Shown here: positions 49,371 to 60,000 of the stretch, piece by piece
Layout: every line of letters starts with the position of its first letter
Numbering within the stretch: the stretch's first letter is position 1
NCBI RefSeq assembly: GCF_036321535.1
Contig: NC_087438.1
Span: 1,924,001 to 1,984,000 of the forward strand
Source of the DNA: Camelus dromedarius
Taxonomy: Eukaryota
Length of the DNA stretch: 60,000 nt
Direction of reading: 5' to 3'
Notes under the pieces: model-generated
Told to the model about the DNA's origin: nothing
The model's database searches: none
The model's input: the letters and a program-made list of their open reading frames with translations, nothing else
Made by a program: the position numbers and the translations under genes

Positions 49371-52300
49371 AGGAGAGCTCCCAGTTCCTTTTACCTCATA
49401 CAGTAACACTGGGTAGGGAGGAGGGGCAGAGAACAAAGGTCTTGTTCAGGATCAAGAAAGAGCCCTGCTGGACTCAGGATCGCCCCTGGCTCTTCTGAGT
49501 TGAGATGCACTGTGGGTTTTCCTTGCACCATCTCTCCCCTCTGGCTATTTGGTCCAGTGAACACTGGATTTTCAGAACACACTTGTCGGCAGTGGAGTTT
49601 TCCCTCCAACATTATTAACGAGTTGCTCCTGCATTTCAACAAACATTAGCAGAATCCAACCGGGGGAAAGTAGGAAACATGGAACTGACTTTACCATGTG
49701 CTGACAGAGAATCTTCCCTCACTCCTGTCCGCCCATCCCCTCCCCACCAAAGAACCTGGTTTCTTCTTAAGGAACACAGGTAGAGACCTGGGTCTGAAAC
49801 CACTCTGGGTCCCAGCAGCACCCCGCCCACAGCTAGGATCGCTGTGTAATGCACAACCAGAGCGCCTGTCCAGATCTGTGTGAAGCAAGTGATGTCTGCG
49901 AGACACCCCGGCGGGGCAGGTACCCCGTGTGCTCCACAAGGATTCCTGACGTGTGTTTCTGTGAGTAGACAGGCTTTTATAATTTATTTATAGTTATAAT
50001 TTTTATAGATTTGTAATTTACTTACACTTTCAACTATGGAAAAAAATACTTCACCCCCTTTTACTGTTTTTATAAATCCTATACCTGTGCACATACGGCC
50101 TGATCGCAGATACTGTGTGAACTTTAAAGAAACGGAATTAAGTGAGCACATGACGATACACTGCAAACCACAGATGCATTTAAAGACATTTTAAAAAAAT
50201 GAAAAATAATTACAATTGTCTTTGATGTCAATTACTATTTCAAAAAGTATTTTTTGGTCTAATTTTAATTTTTTCTTTCAAGTGTCGGGTTTTAAATACT
50301 ATTTCTGAACTTATATGTCCAAACATTTAAGAATTCATTCAATTTTTAAACTTAGAAATAACAAAAGTAGATCATTGCTTTGGGTGGCATGAAACCGCCA
50401 CTAGGAAAAGGAGACAAGGAGCTGATAGAAGGCCTTTGGTGTTTGTAGCTGGGAGACGTCGCGGCAGTGTCGCCCACGATCTGCATTGGCAGATGGACAT
50501 GTGAGGCCCAGTCAGGTTCCACGGTGGGTCCAGATCCCACTGCCAGGTCCCTGTTGGATCAGGACATGGATGTGGGGATGTTAGATCAAGGCCAGTGATG
50601 CAACAACATGAGAAAATCGGGTTATCTCCAACACCTCAGGGAAGTAGAACATTAAAAAAATTCTTCTTCTAGTGTATCTTTAAATTAAACTTTAACTTTC
50701 CGTGCGGTGAGACATCATGCACAGACATCATTAATCCAGTGGAATGGGTGGAATGGGTCTTCTGCAAGTAAAATGGTGGTGGGAAAACCCTTCCACAAGC
50801 CCAGTGAGTGCCCAAAGTAGCAGGAAGCCAGCTCACGCCCAGGGCTGCTTTTCCTTCTCACCTGGCCCCGTGGTCTCAGTGGAGGCACCTTTTTCCCGAG
50901 GAAGACTTACATCCTTTGCCACCTTCATGCTGCCTGGGACCCGGTATAGCATCTTGTGAAATGAAACCCTGCCTCAGTCCCGTCCCGTCAGGTGTCTCTC
51001 CGATTAGAACTGTTTCCTCGGGTCCTGTAACCGTGCAGGTCACTCTTGATATTCCTAACCAGTCACTGGCAACTCATTAGTATTTAAATATATGCTAATT
51101 TCACCAAGGTGTGAAAAGATCCTCTTCTTGAATATACATGAAAGAACATATTACTATTCAACTAGACAGCTTTTTTCTTTTCTTAATCTTAACCCAAGAA
51201 AAGCTTGCTATAATTTAACAAAAGAGCAGGAAGAAATTATTAAAACACACACACACACAATCTAGAAAAAGTTAGAAGAGAAACTTATTTATTTCATGTT
51301 TATAACATGTGTGTGTCAGTGGGGGTCACAGCCAGGTGCCTGCGATCTTAGGAGTTTGAAATAACATCCCCAATGTCACTCACTCACACAAGTTGTGATG
51401 GCTGCCTTCCCCATGGTTTAGGTTTTTCTAGATGACATGATAAAATGCTACGTAGCACCCAAAAGCACTTTCCATGCCTGGTGTAGTACTATTTGTCTAC
51501 TGCAGATAAAAATAAAATATCTACAAAATTGGTCAACACGTAGATGCGTCTCCATAACAATACAGATGAGAATGCAACACGTGTGTGTGTTGCCCAAAAT
51601 CCCGGGGGCAGGGGCTGATTTTTCAGCAACACGTGCTGACTGCAGGTGTCTGGAAGCTGCAGCCTGCGAGGCAGATGTGGCTACAGAAGCCGCGTCCAGC
51701 TCAATTCCAGCCTGGAGAGTCCCGGGCCCAGTGGACGGCGGCGTCAGCTGCCCAGCCCTCTCGGCCTGGCAAGAAACCACGGTCTCGCCCAAGACCTTTC
51801 AAATGTCTTTACATGGCACGTAATGAAGGCCCTGTCTCACAGGCTCGTCGCGATCCAGTTTCATGGTGTCAGAGGCAGCCTGGTGTGCGTCGTGATGGCA
51901 GATTGTGGGCCCTCATGGACTTACTGTCACTCTGCCGGGACCTCGTACATGACAGAGGTTGTGTGAGGCGCAGCGGGAGACCGAGGCTTGCAGGGGTTAA
52001 GTGTCCCCCTTGCAGCGCGTCGCCCCACGTCCCTCACCAGCTGATGACATGATGGATTGCCGCTGTCACTGTCGGTGCAGTCAGCGTCACTCCACCACCG
52101 ACAAGACGGCCGCTCTGCCCTCTCCAGGAAGGCAACCGTTATTCCCCCTGATTTCAGGGCAAGGGCTCCCACAGGTGTCTCTTCCAGCTGGGTCTGAGCA
52201 GATGTCTTTCTTGGACCGACCCCTGCGATCCCCTCAGATAAACACATTTCACTCTTTTGGGTTGGAAATATTTCATTTGCCCATTTTCAAGACACCTGCC

Positions 52301-53199
52301 AACATTTCCAAAAAGCAACTTTCAAATTTTGCCACTTGAAAATAAAACTTCTTAGAATGTAACCTTTTTAAGATTCTTGGGGAATCTTACATGTGCTCCC
52401 AAACACGCACTCAGGATGGTCCCCTGCCGTTGCTTCATTTGTTCTGTCTCCTGATTGCACCTGCCACAGGCCCTTCTGAACGAGCTGGAAAAAACATTAA
52501 AGCTATCTCAGCAGAACCCACTCTAACTTTGATCTTGCAGAAGCTCAGTGCCAACTGTCTGTCTCATCTAATGCAACTTTCTGCTCATGGAAGACAGTAA
52601 TCTGTCCCCTTAACGTGGAGGGTAATCGTGACCTGTTCCCCACACAAGAGTGCAGAGTGTAACCGCGATGTCTTATTCCTCACAGGAGACCGGGATTTCT
52701 TTTCTGGCTTGCATGACGAGGCTCTCCTTGGTCAAGCAGGATGGCCCAGGTGAGAGTCTGGGACCAGTGCTAAAAGGCCACGAGGGAGCCCCTCCAGGCA
52801 AAGCAGGTGATGTTACACAAGAAATTTTCCCCTCACCCTTTGTCAGTGCATTGAAGGGAAGGAGATGAATTTACCTCCTAGACTCACTGTGTCTACATAG
52901 GATGGTTCTGTAAGTATTTACCCACACTTCCTTTACTATTTTTGACAATTCTGAGGATCAGCTGGGAGTTAAGGCCCTGCTGCTGCTGGAGGTCTCGAGA
53001 GCTGGGCCCACTAAGCTTCCCAGAGTTTAATGCCCCCATCACTTAACTACAACAATCGAAACCATTCTAACCAGATTTGTTTTGAAGTTTTAATCAGGTC
53101 TAAATGGAAAGTTATTGAGGAGAACAGTGTGGTCTGCATTTTAATCCCTGGAACCTCCCCCTCCCCGAGTCTCCAGCTTTGTTGCGTGTGGTGTGGCCT

Positions 53200-54340
53200 T
53201 GGACTGCAGTGTTTCTAACATACATAATGAGCTCAGTGTCAAACTGTTGGGGCTTTTGTCTTTAACAATAAGCATTTAGCTCAACTAAATGAATAGAAAT
53301 TGCTTTAGTGAATTACAAAAGCCAAGGTCTTTTCAATGCACAAAAGCTGACATTAATTATTTTCAACATTGTCTTATTTTTGCAAAAGTAGTTAAGTTAA
53401 AATTTGACTGAAATGTAATAAATTAATTTACTGTTTAAACTGAAAAAAAAAAATCATCAGTAAATCAGAGTGTCCACTGATGCTCGTAAAAATCCTTCTG
53501 ATTGAAAAAAATGACACAGTCTTCCTAAGTGCATTACTGCATTCTTTTGACTATGAGTCTAATGTAGTGTCGAATATCTGCTGCTCTCGATCAGCTGCAC
53601 CGCCGGCCTCCTTGACTTGGGACAAGCTCTCCAAGTCGGCAAAGGAGGGGCCACTTCCTGCCCCAACCCTCGCTGGTGTCCGGTGAGCGCCCTCCGCCCT
53701 CATCCTGCAGTTGCCGCGAGAGATCTGCATGCTTTTTCCTAAATCTCTGTAATCCAATAAGCTTCTGTGTTTAGCAGCTTGTTTTGAAACGTGGATAGCA
53801 CCCCAGCCTGTGTCTCCGCACCGCCGTTTGCAGGCAGGTGAGCGCCCGAGGGCCTGATCATTATTCAGGCGACAGGCCAGCTCAGCCCCAGCCAGAATGT
53901 AATTTGTAATTAACTGTCATTTACTTCTGTCTGCATCGACTTGTTCAAAAGGCAACGTACCGGGGCTGGTCACTCCTCTCTCACTGTTGTGGAGGGGACG
54001 CTCATAACGTGGAGAAGCCCAGGCTTACTCTCCTGAGACCGAAGAGGGGGAGCTCACTGAAATAACCCAACACGAGTCATTTGCTATGCCGAGGCACATC
54101 AAACGTTCTGTTCGATGAAACGGGATACACCGTCTTGCAGAAGAACCACCGACCGGCAGAGCCAGATAACTAACGACCAGAGTGAGCGCTCTCCCCAGCA
54201 CCGCTTCTGCACTGCGGTCCTCACAAGGCGGTCTGTCCGGAGCTGGAGACTCTGATTTATGCTGGCTTTTCAGCTTAATTATTTGCTTGTCACACTTTTC
54301 ATTAGGAGAAAAATAAACAGAATGTGTGCTGAGGCCTTGG
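53200..54340. promoter_or_regulatory. Candidate enhancer block (HOX/PBX/MEIS/FOX motifs)
   Basis: TAATTA-ac-TGTCA 53907-53919; PBX-HOX TGATTTAT 54253-54260; TAATTA 54276; TGTCA 54288; FOX AAATAAACA 54311-54319. Confidence 0.5.
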
Positions 54341-55049
54341 ATCGGGGTCTGTTTTCCCAAGATTGGCAAGTCATCCCAAGTTTGACTCCTTGGACGTTAA
54401 GAACGCTCTGAGTCCCCTGGGACAGAAGAGACCAGGAGAGAGGAAGAGGCTGTGGGAGAGAAGCGTCAGCGCTTCCCGGCAGCTAGAGGCCTAACAAGTG
54501 CGCTGTCCGTTCCTTCATATGCTGGGAGGGCTCGGGGGTGGCTCAGACAGTCTTCAGGGAGAATAAACAGATCATCTTAAATGCTTAAGACGTTCACCGA
54601 GAAATCTCCAGACTCACCGCGCACAGGGATGCCTCAGGTCTGACCTGCTCCACAGGACTTTTTCTTCCTTCTCAGCGTGTCAGGCTGGTCAGGACGGAGG
54701 ATGCCATGGTGTGCTTGTGAACAGAACCTGCGCCTTGAGTCCTCGGGCCCTGAGAGTCAGGCTCTTGACCTAACCCATTCCTCTCTCATCACGAGGCCCA
54801 AAGGCAGAGGCTGAGGATGGCCGGCTTATCTCAGAAAGCCTGGAGCCGCCTCACGCAGGCTGAAGGGTGCCCACTACATTATTTTCAAATGCATCAAGCA
54901 AATGAGGTCCGGACACAAAGAGGCGCTCAGACCCTGATCGGCAGAGCGTTCCTTGAATTTCAGCCTCCGACCCCAGAAGGTGAGAGGGTCACCACTTGAC
55001 ATTGCTTCCGGGTCACTTAGAAGCCCTGAGAACTCCCAGCCCTGCGCCG

Positions 55050-55500
55050 ATAGCTGGGGGTACAAGCCAGCCCCGTGCAGAACGCGATCTGTCCGGAGTG
55101 TGCGCTGTGCGGGGTGGGGGCGGTCTGGGCTGAGGAAGCCGGTGGGGAAGGGGGAGAGGCTTTGTTCGGACCACGAGTGATGAAGCATCAGCCCCCAGGA
55201 GCGGCCTGTGGCGGGGCGCTGTGTCCCACCCCCGGGGCCACCCCGGGCAGCGCAGCAACCCTGTTGCCCGGCGGCTCGGACGGCCACTGCGGAGGGTCGG
55301 GATGCATTCCGCACTCGGCTTCCCCAGGCCTGCCGAGCACAGACTCAGCCCTGACCTGACGCTCCCTTCCCTGCTGCAGTGGTGAAGGCGGCCCCGCCCC
55401 TTCGGACCTGAGCCTCCAGCCTCGCGTGCCCAGCTCTGCTGACCCACCCCGCGGGGCGGCCGCGCGGCTGCAGCCCTCCGCGACCAAGGCCCGCTCACTC
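55050..55500. promoter_or_regulatory. CpG-rich patch next to an enhancer-like block
   Basis: Dense CpG; GC box ggccccgcccc at ~55391. Confidence 0.4.
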
Positions 55501-57459
55501 TCTCATCTTGTCTTTTCCCCTTAGCTTCCTTGCCTTTGGTTTACATCCAAGTCGCACAGAAATAAGAGATGACAGTTGTTACAGATATGCCGGTTTAATT
55601 ACTTGTCAGCTTACGCCCGGTATCTCGGCCAGCTGACGCCACAGCTTAACTTGCTTCTGGTGGCTTAAAACCTGACCGACTGCTTCAGCCTTCGTACTTC
55701 GCCCTACAACTCTGGGTACGTCTACGATAAAAGCATGAAACGGACCAGCAGCCTTTCCGATTTGCTGGCAAAAGCCATCAGCCTCCGGTGCCCCTGATTC
55801 CACAGAGATCTCGAGTGATGGGAGATTACACGGCCATGCTGACCTTCGAGGGAGCAAGGATGCATTTTAATTCCATTGTGTAATTTCCCGGAGACGACAC
55901 TAACGCGCCCCTGAGCCAGCACAGCGGAAATGAAGCAGCACCACCACCCTCGCGGTCAGGCGGAATTAGAGTCAGGAGGATACACGTTCATAAAGGGATC
56001 TCTCCGGCCCTGCTCCCCTCCCTTCCCAGGTCTAAAGGAGAATCTAGACACACTTGCAGGTAAACACTGTTGTCTGCCCGGGTGCCCACCGATGCCTTCT
56101 GTACGGCCTCAGCTCTTCTATTTGATGCGGGGTTAATTACGCGGCATCTCAGCTTTGAACCTGCTCAACAGACCTGTCCCCCTGGCTCCTGGCCTCGGTG
56201 TGCAGGGCCCTCGAAGTCCCCAGAGAAAGGCTCGAGATTAGATCTGGTGCTGGACCGGTGACAGTCCATGAGGAGCGCAGGTGGCACCCTGACCTCTCCC
56301 CGCTCCCACCCCAGCGTCCTCCAGCAGGTTTGTAGGTTATTGTTGGCTTTTTCAGCCCAATCTTTGTGATCCACCGAGACACCTAGTTTCCACTGACTGC
56401 GAGTCCCTTACTGGCTGCCAGCGGTTCCCTAAAGCTCCACCCAGGCTGCCACAGCTGGGTCCCGGGAGGACACGGGGAGCTGAGGGGCCCTCTTCCTAGT
56501 CCCTGGTGCATCTCGGTCCCTCAGGTGTGCATCGGAGGGTGGGGTCACTGTTTGCCACTTAAGCTCCGGGTCTCCAGTTTACTTTAGGAATTTCGGGAAG
56601 GCCTCTCAGACGAGCCATCCCTCGTAGCTGGCTTTCGATGAAGCCAGAGGCTGCAGGCTGAGAAGCTGGCCTCCAGGCCTGGGTGAGCGTGGCTCTTCTT
56701 GCCTGCCTGGTCCTGGGACGCAGCCAGCTCTCTGCCTTCTGGTACGGAGGTGCCCTGTTCCTTCCCGGTGCTTTGCAAAGACGTCTTCCAGGCTCACAGC
56801 TCCTGATAAAGCTGCCCCACCCAGAATCTTGAAGCGAAAACTTGGGAAAGTTACAGCAAGAGAGCTGGAGTGTCATCCTTCCCAAGGCAACATCCAGAAG
56901 CAACTGTCCGAGCGTACACGCAAAGGCGTGCCCCGAGAGGCGGGGGCACGCGTGCTGGAGGCCCAGGCGGTGCGGGGGGCTGGCACGGAGGCTTTGTGCC
57001 CTTGGAAGCGAAGTCCACTTCCAGTGTTCACCCAGGGATGGCTGGGAGAAAAGTTAATTGATGTGACAGCCAAAAAGGTCACTTGTTTTGTTCAGTTCTT
57101 TGCCTCTGGGCAGGGCAGCCCAGCTCTGAGGATGCCCCTGGGCAGAGGATGTCCCGGCTGCAGGAGGCAGAACCGAGCCAGGGTTGCATCCTGCAGGGTC
57201 AGCTTGGACACCCTGGAGCCAGCACAGCAGGGCCACGCTGCTCTGAACGCAGGAGGGGTCCAAGGGGTCCGTCTGCCAGCTCACCTCTGGCTTGGAATGT
57301 TCCCCACCCCCACCGCCCAGCATCTCATGTTTACAAACAAGATAAAACAACACAAGGGGAAACACACCAAAAAACTCCTCCTCGGCCAGCAAAATAAAGC
57401 CAAGGGGAAACCCGGGGAGAGGCTCAATGTCACTGTCCCTGGTGGAAGCACAGCCTTGC

Positions 57460-58040
57460 GCCCACTGCTATTTGACATTGCTGAAGGTTCATCTTGATTA
57501 CTTTCAATAAAATCCCAAGTAAGGATGACTGTCTTGGCTCACTAAGCAACAAGGTTTTATCACTAATTACAATCCTTTATTACCAGCGGTTTAATAGGTT
57601 TATGATCGGCCATAAAGCAATTCGGCACGGGGTACATAACGGGAACGGCTTATACAGCTGTGACAGCTTAATATCTATTCATTGTAATCATTTTATGATC
57701 TTTAATGGTAGTATTTTTTATTAAAATATGTACATATGCCTTTACATGGGCTGTGTTGCCACCAAAACTGGGAGGCGGAGTGAAAAATCACATAAATATA
57801 TACTAAAATACTTAATGAGGCATTTTGAAAACTTCTATTGTGAAGAGCATGTCGACTACATCACATGTGTGGAGTCTCATTATGGGTAATTATAATAAAA
57901 TTATAAGTGCTGTAATAATTCTAACCTTGAAGGCACAATAAAGGATGCTCACGTTTGCCTGCCTTGCCCACACATCTGAGGCATTTTCTTCATTAATTAT
58001 ATTTCACATAGAATAATTATGTTGCGTAAGACTGAAATTC
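57460..58040. promoter_or_regulatory. Strong candidate conserved non-coding element (developmental enhancer)
   Basis: Unique AT-rich block dense in posterior HOX/CDX-type sites (CAATAAAA, TTTATGA x2, GCCATAAA, TTTATTA), TAATTA, MEIS TGACAG (57661) and SOX CATTGT (57680). Confidence 0.65.
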
Positions 58041-58457
58041 CAAGACATCTGCTGAGTTCCGTGAACCCCAGCCTCTCCCCGGCGAGCGTTCCTGGGCTTA
58101 ATCACACTACCATCCAAGGGTGTGTCCGAGAGACGCAGTGTGTGGTTTACACACTTGAAGTGGGGGCTGGTCGTTGGGCTTAACTTTACCTGCAGCCCAG
58201 TGAGCAAAGGCAGCGCGTGGGCGAAGAAGAGCGGGTGACCTGGGGTGGCGTCCTGCGGGGGTCCACCGCGCAGCCAGCCCAGCCTGCGGCTCCTCCTCCC
58301 CACGCACCCCCCCCAACCCCCCAGCGCCGGCCTTCTGAGCCCGGAATGGCCAGCCCGGGGGCAGGGCGGCCAGAGGCAGCGCAGACGCGCATCCCTGTTG
58401 TTCTGTCACTATTCGAAAAAAAAACCTATTCGTCTGTGCAGTTATGACCCACATACT

Positions 58458-58512
58458 TGATTTCTTTCTTTTTCATTTCTTTTCTTTCTTCCTTTCTTTC
58501 TTTTTCTTTTTT
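58458..58512. repeat. (TTTC)n polypyrimidine tract
   Basis: Read directly. Confidence 0.85.
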
Positions 58513-58934
58513 CCCGGCACAAGGATCATCCTAGCCCTGGGTCTGAGAGAAAGTCCTTGATTGGAAAATGGATTGAGACTTCAGATGGTAAGTGATTTGG
58601 GAGCTGATAACTAGCACCAAGATTACAAGTTGACTAATTGTACAAAATATGTGTTAATATTTATTGAGCCTATTCGGGCTCCTCAGCTTAGGGACGGGGC
58701 GATACGGGGTGACTGCTCTTTCCCGAGTGCACACACACACCCCTCGCCCTTACACGCGAAAAATGCTCCTAAAGTCGACTTCTGTTTCCAGGCTGGTGAT
58801 GGAGTCCTGGAGCCTGAGCCTCCCGCCCTCGCACCTCCCCACCCCCACGCCTCTGGCAGGGATTCTGTCCTAGGGAGGAGCGCTTTCTGAGCACCTCAGA
58901 AGCACCTCGGACTGCAAGAGAGCAAAGCCACAGA

Positions 58935-59545
58935 GACTGCAGTGCAATTTTACTAATTTAAATTGATTGGACAAAGCCCATTTAAATTATAAAGCATGTT
59001 GGCGACACACATTTTGTAACTTTCAAGTCTAAGAGTAACTTAACCAAGGCCAAAAAAGAAAACAAAAAATAGAGAAAGAAAGAAAAAGAAAAAACCCAGC
59101 TGAGGTTCTCAAGGGAATTACTTCAGTGAATAGACCGGAATGATTTGTAATTAGCATATAAATTGTATGCATGTAAATGATGCTTCTAAAAGGTATTTGA
59201 AAAGTTTATTTTCTTAAGTATTTCAGATCAGACCCCCTGCAACCTTGTTTACAGTACTGACTTGCACGTTCATGAAAAAGATTTGCAGTGCAAAAAAAAA
59301 AAAAACTTCAATCTGGGTCCTGCCTTCTTCCCCATCCCCCACGTTTGTCCTTTATCACAAATTACAAATTAGTGGCTTACAAATTAATGAGGTTTTTACA
59401 GTATTCAGTCAAATCATGCAATAAAAAGCTTTAATACAAACACTGGAGCTTGATTATTATAATTTATTTAAATGGAATGCACTGTTTGCTAAATTTCATA
59501 GAACTGGAATCAATGTGTAATTTAAAGTTAATTTTAACACAGAGA
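58935..59545. promoter_or_regulatory. Candidate conserved non-coding element
   Basis: AT-rich unique block with TGATTGGA, TAATTAGCAT (POU-like), ACAAATTA x3 (59357-59386), CAATAAAA and many TAAT cores. Confidence 0.55.
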
Positions 59546-60000
59546 AACAGAAGCGCCTGGCTCTCCGGTTGGGTGGCAGTCTGCTCCACCCTTCTGGTGG
59601 AAACAGCAATTTGGGGCTTTACAGCAACACAGCCTTTGAAGTGATGGACCGGCCAGCTCGGAGGACAGGATCCTATATGTAGGGTCAGATTTGCACAGCC
59701 CCAGGTGTAGACTAGATCACGTGGGAGCTTTGAGCCTTGCAAAGGCACCTGTTCAGATAAACATCACTAAATACCGAGGTAGTCGCCCACAGGGGTTGAG
59801 CAGTGACCTCGCCTTCCTGTTAATAACCCACTGCATCCTGCCTGCAGGTGACAGACACGAGGCACCGGCTGTCTTTCCAGCCCTTGGGCATTTGCTTGGT
59901 ATGGGAAAGCAACACATCCCGTGTGTGAGGGCTGCAGCCCGCGGCGCTACGATCCTTTACTGGGTGTGGACAGGGCCATGTTTTCCTTTGCTGCAGGGCC

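Overview
Eukaryotic, mammalian genomic DNA, most likely a camelid (alpaca/camel/llama). This rests on two short tRNA-derived SINEs of the Vic-1 type and several cetartiodactyl-type L1 3' ends. The window is GC/CpG-rich (subtelomeric-type isochore) and appears non-coding. I cannot support any protein-coding gene: the ORF track reflects GC-rich chance ORFs, tandem-repeat ORFs and L1 ORF2 remnants. Recognisable content: interspersed repeats (lineage L1 with target-site duplications, old L1M, L2, MIR, MLT1/MLT2 LTRs, a possible hAT relic), a ~39-copy 20-21 bp minisatellite, smaller tandem repeats, an AT-only palindrome, a CpG island at ~4.1-5.3 kb, and AT-rich homeodomain-motif-dense blocks in the repeat-poor last ~16 kb that look like developmental enhancers or conserved non-coding elements. 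I find no new gene system. The best second-look signals are a strong A/T-to-G/C substitution bias in some retroposon copies, an L1 whose TSD matches its own template, the enhancer-like cluster, and one candidate small exon. Repeat family names come from recalled consensus sequences and need RepeatMasker/Dfam confirmation.
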